A stretch of DNA of 32,923 nucleotides from Escherichia phage vB_EcoM-683R1, in sequence record ON470593; one strand, given 5' to 3'. Of the stretch, positions 1 through 9,402 are shown piece by piece. Every line of letters starts with the position of its first letter. Within the stretch, counting starts at the first letter, position 1. Under the pieces are notes generated by a model. That model was not told the DNA's origin. It made no database searches and was given only the letters and a program-made list of their open reading frames with translations. A program made the position numbers and the translations under genes.

Positions 1-570
1 ATGTCTGAAGAAAAAGGAATTCTTTCCCGGATAACTGAATCGTTATCCGGCGTGGGAGGAGCAATTAAAGGCGCGGTTGGAGCAGCAAGAGAGATTCAGA
101 ATCTGACTGTCGACTATGCAGTTAAAGAGAAGACGCACACCTTACTCGATAAGCTAATGGATGTTCAGATGCAGCAAATGTCGCTTCAGGAGCTGCTGAT
201 TGCGGCTAAGGAGAAAATTGTTGAACTGGAAAATGAGAAAGTAAAGCAAGAGAACTGGGCCGCTGAAGCGGCGAGCTATGAACTTTACCAGCCTATGCGG
301 GGTACTCTGGTCTATCGCAGCAAGCTTTCTGCAGATACTGACCAATCTCCGGTTTATATTTGTCCCAATTGCTACGAGCAAAAGAGAAAATCTATATTGC
401 AAGCGGAAGGTCTGGTTATTAAGCCAGGCCTTGGGCGAGCCGTTAATATGGTTTGTTCGCACTGTAGGGCTTCCTATCTGTTCAACCGAAATGCTTTAGA
501 GGCCAGACTGCCTGCTGAAGATGAAAATCCGGGGAAGGCAATCACGGATTACGATCCTTACAACCAGTAA
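1..570 (+). CDS. Hypothetical protein, N-terminal coiled-coil region and C-terminal zinc-ribbon (CPNC...CSHC); may be 5'-truncated by the window edge
   Basis: 189-aa ORF; two CxxC pairs about 30 aa apart; heptad-like QELLIAAKEKIVELENEKVKQE segment; convergent with the repressor gene. Confidence 0.45.
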   Translation: MSEEKGILSRITESLSGVGGAIKGAVGAAREIQNLTVDYAVKEKTHTLLDKLMDVQMQQMSLQELLIAAKEKIVELENEKVKQENWAAEAASYELYQPMRGTLVYRSKLSADTDQSPVYICPNCYEQKRKSILQAEGLVIKPGLGRAVNMVCSHCRASYLFNRNALEARLPAEDENPGKAITDYDPYNQ

Positions 571-620
571 TTTCTTTAAGCATGGGTACCCTTCCGGCCA
601 CCCAGAGTTAAAGGAACTAA

Positions 621-645
621 GCGCCCCATCGTCGGGGCGTTTCAA
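621..645 (+). terminator. Possible intrinsic terminator after ORF 1..570
   Basis: GC-rich hairpin GCGCCCC-atcgtc-GGGGCGT followed by TTTCAACTT; U-tract is weak. Confidence 0.3.
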
Positions 646-887
646 CTTGCGTGACTTATCAGTTCGTCGCGGTGTTGTCCTCTACGCTTACCGTACGCAT
701 ACGGACTCGGCGCTTACCTCGATCCCATCGGGTGCCATTTCATTTTGCCAGGAGTACTGCGGCTTACCTGTCACGCGGTTCAGTTTGTTAAAGAGCTGGT
801 ATTAAAAAACGCATTAATTATGCGGTATCGTATTTATATGCGTTATGGGATTTTGCGTCAATACGAAAATGAATTATTTTGCAAATA

Positions 888-916
888 AGAAAACCGCCCT
901 TGTGGAGAGCGGTTTG
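888..916 (-). terminator. Hairpin terminator downstream of the repressor gene (readable on both strands)
   Basis: AAACCGC(C)C...G(A)GCGGTTT inverted repeat; on the minus strand the stem is followed by UUUUCUUAUUU directly after the repressor stop (946-948). Confidence 0.4.
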
Positions 917-945
917 ATCAGAAGTAAGTTATCAGACTGTAAAGG

Positions 946-1620
946 TTAGTACATGCGTAGCGCGGATTTGGCGATCCCCGCCACGTAATGGATTTTTTCA
1001 ATGTTTTCGCGTGGTACTCTGACTGGTGGATGATCTTCATTTACAGACATTAGATGGAACAGGCCATCGCGTTCGAACAAGAAGGTTTTAACCATGACCT
1101 CACCGTCCCGGGTAACCACAAGTACTTCATCACCAGGAGTGTAGTCGTGGTTGGGTTCGACGATTACGAACTCACCCTCTTTGATTCTAGGCATCATTGA
1201 ATCACCAACACATTTCAGGGCGTATGCATCTTCATCCTTTGTCGGCCAGTATATGAAACCATCACTGCTACCTACTGAATATTGGGTGTCGCTCCAAAGT
1301 CCTCCAACGCCTAGCTGAGTGTTTCCCAAAACAGGTACTTTATTAAACCTAAGAGAAATATACGTTTTTATACCCGTCGCGTCCTCTTTCTCCATTTCTT
1401 GAAGGCTCCTTTCTGCCAGGTCTATTGGTGACACGTGGAAGTAGTCGGCGATCTGCTTTAACGTTGCGTATTTCGGATCTTTCACCTCTCCTGATACCAG
1501 CCTGTGTAGCGTTGGTTGGTTCAGTTGTAACCGACGTGCCAGCTCAGTTATCGAGCTTATCTTGGCTTTGTCCATCAGGTACTTGATGTTTTGAGAAAGG
1601 ATATCGGTAGTATCAATCAT
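946..1620 (-). CDS. CI-like prophage repressor (N-terminal HTH, C-terminal S24/LexA-type autopeptidase)
   Basis: HTH segment ISSITELARRLQLNQPTLHRLVSG; S24 catalytic Ser in GDSMMP and Lys in VMVKTF; divergent from a cro-like gene. Confidence 0.85.
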   Translation of the reverse strand: MIDTTDILSQNIKYLMDKAKISSITELARRLQLNQPTLHRLVSGEVKDPKYATLKQIADYFHVSPIDLAERSLQEMEKEDATGIKTYISLRFNKVPVLGNTQLGVGGLWSDTQYSVGSSDGFIYWPTKDEDAYALKCVGDSMMPRIKEGEFVIVEPNHDYTPGDEVLVVTRDGEVMVKTFLFERDGLFHLMSVNEDHPPVRVPRENIEKIHYVAGIAKSALRMY

Positions 1621-1761
1621 TTGGATTCATCCATGTTGTATACAGGGACGGTGATTATGCGTTATCGGATATTTTAATCCAGGATGATATAGAATTGCCG
1701 TATTGCTGAATAATCCGTTTTCGTATAAATTTGCGCTATAGACGAAAGTGGAGACTTAAAT
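1621..1761. promoter_or_regulatory. Divergent repressor/cro promoter-operator region
   Basis: 141-bp AT-rich spacer between divergently transcribed repressor and cro-like genes; individual operators not resolved by eye. Confidence 0.5.
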
Positions 1762-1962
1762 ATGTCCGGACTAACACCACAAGAGATGGTCAAAAGCTTG
1801 ATTGATTCAGGGTATACCCAAAACCAAATTGCCGAAATTGCAGGCGTGAAGCAGTCTTCTATTAGTCGGCTTCTCACCGGGGTTCATTCTGACCCTCGCT
1901 TTTCTACAGTACGTGCGATAGAAAAGCTTTTTCAGGAAGTGACAGCTAGACAAAAGGCGTAA
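1762..1962 (+). CDS. Cro-like small HTH regulator
   Basis: 66 aa; HTH QNQIAEIAGVKQSSISRLLTG; divergent from repressor; immediately precedes the replication gene. Confidence 0.7.
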   Translation: MSGLTPQEMVKSLIDSGYTQNQIAEIAGVKQSSISRLLTGVHSDPRFSTVRAIEKLFQEVTARQKA

Positions 1963-1965
1963 CCC

Positions 1966-4227
1966 ATGTCTGATAACAAACCATGGGGAGCTACGCCCGA
2001 TGAGTGGTTCCACTTCGATCTGGTGTTGGGGATGACAGACAGGCTTTTACCTGTGGTGTCCAATCCCTGTGCAGAACTGTCGCCTAATAGCAAGCTGTCT
2101 CATAATTTCGGCAAAACCCCCAGTCGCTACAATGGCCAACGTAAGGTTGTTGGTATCCCCGACTGGGCTAACTATGTTGTTACGGAAAACGATTTTGCCC
2201 GGTGGTCGAACGAACCCGATTACGGTATTTGCGTTCGTACTGGCGACGGGGTGGTGGCTCTGGACTGCGATATCAATGACGCCGGGATGCAGGAGATCGT
2301 ACGCAATATTATCCTGTCATGCCTGGGGGAACTTCCGCCACGTCGCTGGCGGGCTGACAGTCATAAATGCCTGTACCTGATTGCTGTTGATGGCGACTAC
2401 CGTAAACGTGGTCACCGCCTGGAAGGCGAAAACAAACAAATAGAGCTGCTCGCTAAGGGCCAGCAGTTTGTGGCTTGTGGTACCCATCCGGCAGGCGAAC
2501 GTATTCAGTGGGACTGCGGTCTGCCCGGCGAACCTCTGAAAATTACATCTGAACAGCTCGAAAGCCTGTGGCAGCGTCTGGCGGATAACTTACCCGTGAA
2601 AGACAGCTATACCGCAGGTGCAGGACGTCAGCGTGATCTTTCCTGTGTTGATCCTTCCGCGACAGATGATGTCGCCGACTGGCTTGACGCGAACGGGTGG
2701 ACTCTGTCAGTCAGCTCTGATGGTTCCCGCAATCTGAAACCGTTTCGGGATGAGTCAGAATACAGCAACGGTTGCAGCGAAACATCCATTAAGTATTTCC
2801 CAAAAGGGACGGGGGGATTTGAACAGGGACATTTTAAAAGCATGCACAACACCGATGCGGGGCTTACTGATGCCGACTGGCTGGAAGGCTACGGCTATAC
2901 GCAATCCCTGTTCGAAGATCTCACGGTGGTTGAAGATGGCGATAAGCCTGAATTTACCGATATTAATACAGATATGACAGCTCATTTTCTGGAACGCTTT
3001 ATCTACGTCATCGAGGGTGACCAGGTATGTGATCTTAGCCGACCGCCATATCAGTGCATGATGGATATGAAGTCGTTCAAAAACCTGATGGCGCCTTACC
3101 AGTTCCCGCCAGAAGGGAAAGGGCAACCAACTCCCGCAACCAAACGGTGGATAGAGCATCGGCATAAGAAGATTGCTGAGACGACAGGCTATAAGCCCGG
3201 TGCGGGACGTATTATCGAGCGTTTCGACGGGCGGTTTGAGATAAACGAATTTTATATGCCTGAGCATCCACGTACAGCGGATACAAGTAAGGTGTCCACG
3301 TTCCTTAATCATATGGCGTATCTGGTACCTGATGCCTGGCAGCGCGAGTTTTTCATCGCCCGTCTGGGGTGGATGGTTCAGCGTCCGGAGCGTCGATGCC
3401 CGATTTCTATTCTGCATGTGGCTTCCGCACATGGTACGGGCAGAGGATGGGTCAGCCAGTTAATGGAGCGCGTGCTTGGTCCGTGGAACTGTGCTCGTAC
3501 TCGCATGAAGATCCTGTGCGATAACCAGTTCCATGACTATCTGTACAATACGCTTCTATGCACCATTGACGAGGTGCGCGAAAATGATAAGCGGTATGAG
3601 GTGAACGATAAGATCCGTGACGTGCTGACAGAACCACGGTTTGAAGTGAACCGCAAATATGGCAGCAAAAAAACGATGGATATATACACCGGCTTTCTGT
3701 TCTACACCAACCACTTTGATGCGCTGGCGCTGCCAGAGGAAGACCGACGTATCGCTGTGCTGGGGGGCCCTGACTTCGCCGCAACTGAAGAGCATTACGC
3801 CAGCCTGTACGGTGCGCTAAGCGACAGCGACTTTATCGCCCAGGTGTACTGGTATCTGATGGGCGTTGACCTGTCTCGCTTTAACTGGCAGCGCGCCCCC
3901 GAGACGAAAGAACGCCTTCTGATGATTGAAAGCAATAAGAGCGATGTGGAGGCTGCTCTTATTGAAATCCTGGATAATCCGCCTGTGCCAGCAATGACTT
4001 ATCAACAAATTGTTAACGCAATACTGGCAGAAGCAGGAATGGATGTAGAAATTAACCAGAAGCATATTACTCGCATTTTGAAAGAAAGAACAAAGCGGGA
4101 ACCCGTACGCGTAAAAATTGACGGGTTTGTATATAGGATTTGGATTCTTGTAAAAAATAACGATTTCAGCAACGAAGAATTGCGCGAAATATATAAATCT
4201 TGCGAAATTTTGCAATCTGGATTGTAA
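1966..4227 (+). CDS. Replication initiation protein, primase-polymerase (AEP/PrimPol-like N-terminal domain) fused to a large C-terminal region
   Basis: 753 aa; N-terminal VALDCDIND (DxD) and CGTHP motifs typical of archaeo-eukaryotic primase domains; iteron origin immediately downstream. Confidence 0.7.
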   Translation: MSDNKPWGATPDEWFHFDLVLGMTDRLLPVVSNPCAELSPNSKLSHNFGKTPSRYNGQRKVVGIPDWANYVVTENDFARWSNEPDYGICVRTGDGVVALDCDINDAGMQEIVRNIILSCLGELPPRRWRADSHKCLYLIAVDGDYRKRGHRLEGENKQIELLAKGQQFVACGTHPAGERIQWDCGLPGEPLKITSEQLESLWQRLADNLPVKDSYTAGAGRQRDLSCVDPSATDDVADWLDANGWTLSVSSDGSRNLKPFRDESEYSNGCSETSIKYFPKGTGGFEQGHFKSMHNTDAGLTDADWLEGYGYTQSLFEDLTVVEDGDKPEFTDINTDMTAHFLERFIYVIEGDQVCDLSRPPYQCMMDMKSFKNLMAPYQFPPEGKGQPTPATKRWIEHRHKKIAETTGYKPGAGRIIERFDGRFEINEFYMPEHPRTADTSKVSTFLNHMAYLVPDAWQREFFIARLGWMVQRPERRCPISILHVASAHGTGRGWVSQLMERVLGPWNCARTRMKILCDNQFHDYLYNTLLCTIDEVRENDKRYEVNDKIRDVLTEPRFEVNRKYGSKKTMDIYTGFLFYTNHFDALALPEEDRRIAVLGGPDFAATEEHYASLYGALSDSDFIAQVYWYLMGVDLSRFNWQRAPETKERLLMIESNKSDVEAALIEILDNPPVPAMTYQQIVNAILAEAGMDVEINQKHITRILKERTKREPVRVKIDGFVYRIWILVKNNDFSNEELREIYKSCEILQSGL

Positions 4228-4494
4228 AAAGGTGACGGCTAGGTGACGGCAAAACGCTTAAGCGTCACCTTAAAAAGTATATATAAAACAATGGGAAATG
4301 TGCTAAAGGTGACAGGTGACGGCAGAATTTAAAACTATATACGCGATAGTGTGTATTTTAGGTATTATACGATCGCTTATATATAGAGAACTAAAATCAA
4401 CCGTCACCTGTCACCTAAAACATCTTCAGGCCTTATATGGCGCGCTTTGCAGCAGGTGACGGATATGTAATTACGCGTCACCTAGCCGTCACCC
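4228..4494. repeat. Iteron-type replication origin: about 10 copies of GGTGAC(G/A)G in both orientations, as nested inverted repeats around an AT-rich core
   Basis: Plus copies at 4231, 4242, 4308, 4315, 4455; minus copies (GTCACC) at 4263, 4401, 4408, 4475, 4486. Arms 4306-4322 and 4400-4416 are exact reverse complements; outer arms 4231-4249 and 4475-4493 likewise. AT-rich core 4323-4399. Confidence 0.7.
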
Positions 4495-4542
4495 GGAAAT
4501 TAACTTGAAAAAATTAGCAAATAACTAAATGAGGATACGACG

Positions 4543-4833
4543 ATGTCAAAGATATTCCGCCAATGTATGCCTTACGGTATCCGCAAAACAGCTGAGGGGG
4601 CTTGGGAAGCATTCAACAGAGACTACCAGCCCTTAGGGGAGGCTTTTTTCTTCAAAAGAGCACTAACGCAGGCCACTCGAGATGTGTTGGCGCCACCGCC
4701 GGTAACTCAGCGCGACGACTGTGTATGGCTGTATAGCGATATCGAGCACCCGATGCACTCTGAGGCTTACTGGAAAGCGTATTGCCAGCGGCTTAAACAT
4801 CTTTCTAACCTCAAAATGAAAGATGAACGGTAA
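4543..4833 (+). CDS. Hypothetical phage protein
   Basis: 96-aa ORF between origin and antiterminator gene; AGGA-type RBS upstream. Confidence 0.5.
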   Translation: MSKIFRQCMPYGIRKTAEGAWEAFNRDYQPLGEAFFFKRALTQATRDVLAPPPVTQRDDCVWLYSDIEHPMHSEAYWKAYCQRLKHLSNLKMKDER

Positions 4834-4858
4834 GTAGCAAAACGTAGAGGTCAGAGCT

Positions 4859-5281
4859 ATGCGTGATATTCGACTGGTTTTAGAGCGATGGGGGGGCTGG
4901 GCTGCGAGCGAAGGTTGCAGTGTCTACTATCCACCTGTTTCCGCTGGATTTAAGAATCTGCTACCTGCAACGCAAGCCGGGCGGCTGAAGTGCAGTGACA
5001 ATGACGGTCTGATCATCAGCTCTGCTATGAACTGCCTGAAGAAAAAAGATCCGTACCTGTGTACGCTCCTTGAGTGGCATTACATCCAGGCGATGCCTGT
5101 GAGGGCTATGGGTGTGAAGCTCGGCGTATCACACACTCAAGTTCTGAAGAGGCTCCAGGCTGCAGAGGGATTTATCGACGGCTGCCTGGCTATGCTGGAC
5201 GTGGTTCTGGAAATGGATCAAGCAGTTCAGTCAAAGCCTAAGGCTATCAGGACTTTGCGAAGGAGCTGCCCGGCGGCATAA
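4859..5281 (+). CDS. Late-gene antitermination protein Q (phage 82/21 Q-like family)
   Basis: N-terminal MRDIRLVLERWGGWAA and KRLQAAEGFIDGCLAMLD segments match the antiterminator-Q family as I recall it; sits directly upstream of the lysis cassette. Confidence 0.75.
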   Translation: MRDIRLVLERWGGWAASEGCSVYYPPVSAGFKNLLPATQAGRLKCSDNDGLIISSAMNCLKKKDPYLCTLLEWHYIQAMPVRAMGVKLGVSHTQVLKRLQAAEGFIDGCLAMLDVVLEMDQAVQSKPKAIRTLRRSCPAA

Positions 5282-5795
5282 TATCCAGTAATCAATCACG
5301 TAAGGGAATCAGATGGTATTCAGGATTGCCGTAAACACCTGACGGCTTCAGGTATCAAGGTAAGATAAAAAATAGTTGTGGAATTCCAAAAAGCCGATTA
5401 GCCTGATATCTGTTGAAAACAGTTCATCACGAAGAGGCTTCCGCAAGGGGGCCTTTTTTATTGCCCCATTCTGGGGAAAAGTTAATAAAACAGGGCTTTC
5501 GCTGCGAAAAAACGCTATGCAGTTTTTGCCCTTTTTTATGCACCTTTTATTCACTCGAATTTCGTCATTCTGGACCACTTAAGTTGATTAAATAGGCCTT
5601 TCATCGCAAATCTATTGCGAGCGGGGATCGTGTGGTTCCTATAACGTACATTATGTTAAATAACTTCCTTTTTTAACAAATTTAACAAGGTTCGCTATGG
5701 CGAACTTTTTTTGTATTCAGGGCCCACCGAAGGACGGCTCATAACCCAATCCTACGGGCGTATACGCAGGGCCCGCCTTTCAACAACACCCCGTA
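5282..5795 (+). promoter_or_regulatory. Late-operon leader (expected late promoter, Q-utilisation site and tR'-like terminator)
   Basis: About 500 bp without a credible ORF between Q and holin; contains a clear intrinsic terminator; candidate -35/-10 TTGCCC-16bp-TAATAA at 5461-5488 is unverified. Confidence 0.45.
5689..5713 (+). terminator. Intrinsic terminator (tR'-like) in the late leader
   Basis: GTTCGC-tatg-GCGAAC hairpin (5690-5705) followed by an 8-T run. Confidence 0.6.
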
Positions 5796-5813
5796 ATGGC
5801 GGAGGTGGGAAGT

Positions 5814-6155
5814 ATGAAAATGCACAATGCTCCTCATTCCTGGCCTGACTTACTGGAACTCTTACAAAGTTGGTGGCGTGGAGATACGCCGTTGGGCGCA
5901 GTGGTTATGTCAATTGTTATGGCTGGCTTGCGCATTGCCTATTTTGGCGGTGGCGGCGGCTGGAAACGAAAAACGCTTGAGATTTTGCTCTGTGGTGCTC
6001 TGACGCTGACTTTTGCATCCGCTCTTGAGTATGTCGGATGGCCTAAATCGCTTTCTGTTGCCATTGGTGGTGGTGTTGGGCTGATCGGTGTCGATGCTAT
6101 TCGTGGGGCTGCAATGCGAGTAATCGGTAACAAGTTTGGTGGCTCTAAGGAGTAA
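5814..6155 (+). CDS. Holin with dual-start motif (Met-Lys-Met)
   Basis: GGAGG at 5801-5805, 8 nt before ATG 5814; second ATG at 5820 (MKM, as in lambda S107/S105); hydrophobic transmembrane segments, charged C-terminus; directly upstream of endolysin. The track ORF begins at 5796, which lacks an RBS. Confidence 0.7.
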   Translation: MKMHNAPHSWPDLLELLQSWWRGDTPLGAVVMSIVMAGLRIAYFGGGGGWKRKTLEILLCGALTLTFASALEYVGWPKSLSVAIGGGVGLIGVDAIRGAAMRVIGNKFGGSKE

Positions 6156-6158
6156 TTC

Positions 6159-6635
6159 ATGCAGACACTAAATTCCCAACGTAAAGCTTTCCTGGATATG
6201 GTGGCATGGTCAGAAGGAACGGATAACGGGCGACAACCGACACGTAATCACGGTTATGACGTTATCGTCGGAGGTGAGTTGTTCACTGATTACTCCGATC
6301 ACCCTCGCAAACTTGTCACGCTAAACCCGAAGCTTAAATCAACAGCCGCAGGCCGGTATCAGCTTCTTTCACGCTGGTGGGATGCCTACCGCAAGCAGCT
6401 TGGCCTGAAAGATTTTTCGCCAGAAAGTCAGGACGCTGTGGCGCTGCAGCAGATTAAAGAGCGTGGCGCTTTACCGATGATTGACCGTGGCGATATTCGT
6501 CAGGCAATCGACCGTTGCAGCAATATCTGGGCGTCGTTACCTGGTGCAGGTTACGGTCAGTATGAACATAAAATCGGTGACCTGATTTCCAGGTTTAAAG
6601 ATGCTGGTGGGGTGGTAAATGAAGCTGACTTATAA
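6159..6635 (+). CDS. R: Endolysin, lambda R-type lytic transglycosylase
   Basis: 158 aa, near-identical by recollection to lambda R (…QRKAFLDMVAWSEGTDNGRQ…RNHGYDVIVGGELFTDYSDHPRKLVTLNPKLKSTAAGRYQLLSRWWDAYRKQLGLKDFSP…). Confidence 0.93.
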   Translation: MQTLNSQRKAFLDMVAWSEGTDNGRQPTRNHGYDVIVGGELFTDYSDHPRKLVTLNPKLKSTAAGRYQLLSRWWDAYRKQLGLKDFSPESQDAVALQQIKERGALPMIDRGDIRQAIDRCSNIWASLPGAGYGQYEHKIGDLISRFKDAGGVVNEADL

Positions 6636-7143
6636 GATTGTCATCGCGGCATTTTTCTTCTCTGCCTTTGGGGCGCTCGTCTGGTCTGCAAACCATTACC
6701 ACAGCAAGTATCAGGCAGAAAAGTTGCGGGCTGATAAAGCGGAAGGTGAAGCTGAATATCAAGGGAAAGTGATAGCTAATCAGGCATTAAACTTCAATCG
6801 TTTTAACCAGATAGCAGAAAACGCAAGCCGATTAAATTCTCTGGTCGACATCGGTCACGAGAAGACAGTCATCAAATACCGTGAGGTTCTGCTCCGTGAA
6901 AAGAACTGTGATTTCCCTGTTCCTGCTGATATTGCTGTCGGGTTGCTCAACTACGCGAACCGTTTACGCGCCAGCGCATTGCACGCCGATTCCGGGTACA
7001 TTGACCCAGCCGGTGATCGTGCCACTACCACCAGAACGTTGACATATTGCCAGGCTGTTCTGTGGATTAACCCATTGTTGGCAGCCATCGAGAAGGCGAA
7101 TAACCAGTTGGCTGGTGTCCGACAAATAGAACAGTCCCGGTAA
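6619..7143 (+). CDS. Rz: Rz-type i-spanin (inner-membrane spanin subunit)
   Basis: N-terminal transmembrane helix (IVIAAFFFSAFGALVW), coiled-coil periplasmic domain; follows and overlaps the endolysin; contains the embedded Rz1 frame. Confidence 0.75.
   Translation: MKLTYKIVIAAFFFSAFGALVWSANHYHSKYQAEKLRADKAEGEAEYQGKVIANQALNFNRFNQIAENASRLNSLVDIGHEKTVIKYREVLLREKNCDFPVPADIAVGLLNYANRLRASALHADSGYIDPAGDRATTTRTLTYCQAVLWINPLLAAIEKANNQLAGVRQIEQSR
6896..7042 (+). CDS. Rz1: Rz1-type o-spanin lipoprotein, embedded in the +1 frame of Rz (not in the ORF track)
   Basis: GTG start at 6896; translation VKRTVISLFLLILLSGCSTTRTVYAPAHCTPIPGTLTQPVIVPLPPER with lipobox LLSGC and Pro-rich mature part; stop TGA 7040-7042. 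Confidence 0.65.
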   Translation: MKRTVISLFLLILLSGCSTTRTVYAPAHCTPIPGTLTQPVIVPLPPER

Positions 7144-7204
7144 TAGCATTACAGAAGCTCTTCCAGGAGGGGCTTCGATAATGACCTGATAACTGGAAAA
7201 TAAA

Positions 7205-7777
7205 ATGACTAAGAAGCTGAAAGCAAAACACGAGGTGTTTTGTCGCGAGTTTCTTGTCGATCTGAATGCTACACAAGCAGCTATTCGCGCAGGCTACGTC
7301 TCCAGGCGAGCACATGTTACGGGGGCTGAACTATACGGTAAACCTGAGATACGCGCCCGTATTAACGAGCTAAAGCAGGAGCGTATTGATCAACTGGGCA
7401 TTGATGCGAATTATGTGCTGATGCGACTGGTTGAGATCGACAGGCTCGATGTGGCTGACATCCTAGAGGACGATTTAAGTATTAAGCCTCTGTCTGCGTG
7501 GCCGGAATCGTGGCGTCGGTACCTGAGTGGATTTAACCTCGCTGAAATGTTTGAGGGGCGAGGAGATGACAGAGAAATGGTCGGGATCCTTAAAAAGATT
7601 AAGTGGCCTGATAAGGTTAAAAACCTTGAGTTGCTTGGGCGTCATGTTTCTGTTCAGGCGTTTAAAGACAACGTCAAAAATGAAGTGACTGGCGCTGATG
7701 GAGGACCAGTCAGAACAGAAATTACCAACTTAACGCCGGAGCAGGCTGCAGAGGCGTATAGAAAAATGATGGGCTAA
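7205..7777 (+). CDS. Terminase small subunit
   Basis: 190 aa; N-terminal [25 protein letters not shown] segment typical of small-terminase DNA-binding domains; directly upstream of large terminase. Confidence 0.7.
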   Translation: MTKKLKAKHEVFCREFLVDLNATQAAIRAGYVSRRAHVTGAELYGKPEIRARINELKQERIDQLGIDANYVLMRLVEIDRLDVADILEDDLSIKPLSAWPESWRRYLSGFNLAEMFEGRGDDREMVGILKKIKWPDKVKNLELLGRHVSVQAFKDNVKNEVTGADGGPVRTEITNLTPEQAAEAYRKMMG

Positions 7778-7779
7778 GT

Positions 7780-9402
7780 ATGCCGTTACCATTCCCCTTC
7801 GATTTTAAACATCCTGATTACCAGATGGTTTTTGAATGGCGGATGGAACGCCTACAGCGCATTCGCCAGAATCCTGAAATATTGCCTGCACTAAAACAGT
7901 TTTACCGAACCAATCCGGCTCAGTTCATCATCGACTGGGGCATGACAACGGACCCGCGTAATATTGATTATGGCCTGCCGGTGACCATTCCGTTTTTACT
8001 CTTCCCTAAGCAGGAGGAGTGGATCCACTGGATTATGGAACGCTGGGGCAATCGGGAGAATGGTATTACCGAAAAATCCCGTGAAATGGGGCTCAGTTGG
8101 ACCGCGATCGGACTGGCATGTTCGCTTTGTCTCTTCAACAAAGAAATGGTTATCGGTTTCGGCTCCCGTAAAGAGGAATACGTCGACAGCACCGGTGACC
8201 CGAAAGCATTGTTCTGGAAGGCGCGCAAGTTCGTGGAAACACTGCCTGTAGAGTTTCGCGGTTCGTGGAGCGAGAAGAAGCACGCGCCATATATGCGTGT
8301 TGAGTTTCCTGAAACTGGTGCCGTTATCAAAGGCGAGGCTGGCGATAATATTGGTCGTGGTGACCGTACCACGCTTTATCTGGTTGATGAGGCTGCATTC
8401 CTTCAGCGTCCTCTGCTGATTGATGCGGCGTTGTCACAAACGACGCGTTGCCGTATCGACCTGAGTTCAGTTAACGGCATGGCTAACCCGTTCGCTCAGA
8501 AGCGTCATGGCGGGAAGATACCGGTATTCACATTCCACTGGCGGGATGATCCTCGCAAGGATGAAGAGTGGTATCGCAGGGAATGCGAGAAAATCGATAA
8601 TCCGGTGGTGGTGGCACAGGAACTTGATCTGAACTACAGCGCATCAGCGGAAGGCGTCCTGATTCCATCCGAATGGGTACAGGCTGCCGTTGATGCGCAT
8701 ATCAAACTGGGTATCCAGCCAACAGGCAAACGACTTGGCGCGATGGATGTCGCCGACGAAGGCAGGGACAAAAATGCCTTTTCCACCCGTCATGGCTTCC
8801 TCCTGGAAAATGTGCGGGAATGGTCCGGTGTGGGCAGCGACATTTATCAGTCCGTCAAGAAGGTTTTCGGCTTTTGCGAACAGGACAACCTCGAAGAGTT
8901 TCGCTTTGACGAGGACGGGCTGGGCGCTGGCGTTCGCGGCGATGCACGCGCTATCAACGAACTGCGTAACGCTGCGCGTCGACCGTCAATACTTGCCACA
9001 CCGTTTCGAGGTAGTGGCGCGGTATTTGATCCGGATGATGAAGCTGTTCGCGGGGACAACGGGCAAGCCGCACGTCTGAACAAGGACTTCTTCGCTAACG
9101 CCAAAGCCCAGAGCTGGTGGCGGTTACGTAAACTTTTTCAGAATACCTGGCGCGCCGTGGTTGAAGGTATGGCTTACAACCCGGACGAAATCATCTCAAT
9201 CAGCAGTAGCATGGCACTCAAAGATAAACTCATCATCGAGCTTTCGCAGCCGACCTATTCCATTAATGGTGTGGGAAAAATAGTTATTGATAAACAGCCT
9301 GATGGAACCCGATCGCCAAACCTTGCCGACTCGGTGATGATCAACTATGCCCCAATGAATTCAGCCCTGAACATCTGGGAGCTGCTAGGGAGACAGGCCT
9401 GA
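7780..9402 (+). CDS. Terminase large subunit (ATPase/nuclease)
   Basis: 540 aa; Walker-B-like LYLVDEAAF; position between small terminase and portal. Confidence 0.8.
   Translation: MPLPFPFDFKHPDYQMVFEWRMERLQRIRQNPEILPALKQFYRTNPAQFIIDWGMTTDPRNIDYGLPVTIPFLLFPKQEEWIHWIMERWGNRENGITEKSREMGLSWTAIGLACSLCLFNKEMVIGFGSRKEEYVDSTGDPKALFWKARKFVETLPVEFRGSWSEKKHAPYMRVEFPETGAVIKGEAGDNIGRGDRTTLYLVDEAAFLQRPLLIDAALSQTTRCRIDLSSVNGMANPFAQKRHGGKIPVFTFHWRDDPRKDEEWYRRECEKIDNPVVVAQELDLNYSASAEGVLIPSEWVQAAVDAHIKLGIQPTGKRLGAMDVADEGRDKNAFSTRHGFLLENVREWSGVGSDIYQSVKKVFGFCEQDNLEEFRFDEDGLGAGVRGDARAINELRNAARRPSILATPFRGSGAVFDPDDEAVRGDNGQAARLNKDFFANAKAQSWWRLRKLFQNTWRAVVEGMAYNPDEIISISSSMALKDKLIIELSQPTYSINGVGKIVIDKQPDGTRSPNLADSVMINYAPMNSALNIWELLGRQA

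Noticed and set aside
690-730. tRNA-like 3' end (…CCTCGATCCCATCGGGTGCCA) that could mark a tRNA-derived attachment site
   Set aside because: No acceptable T-arm or acceptor-stem pairing could be folded and the T-loop consensus is not met; most likely chance resemblance.
521-805. 94-aa plus-strand ORF in the spacer downstream of ORF 1..570
   Set aside because: No RBS, overlaps the upstream ORF end, and the sequence is GC-rich with hairpins; more likely non-coding.
1674-2013. Small minus-strand ORFs (1674-1877, 1807-2013) across the cro region
   Set aside because: Overlap the cro-like gene and the primase start on the opposite strand; no RBS; likely spurious.
2755-3432. 225-aa minus-strand ORF inside the primase gene (also 3452-3784 and 3817-4215)
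   Set aside because: Antisense shadow ORFs fully contained within a strongly supported plus-strand gene.
5437-5470. Possible hairpin/terminator (GGGGC…GCCCC) just after Q
   Set aside because: Short stem with a 10-nt loop and no following U-tract; not convincing compared with the clear terminator at 5689-5713.
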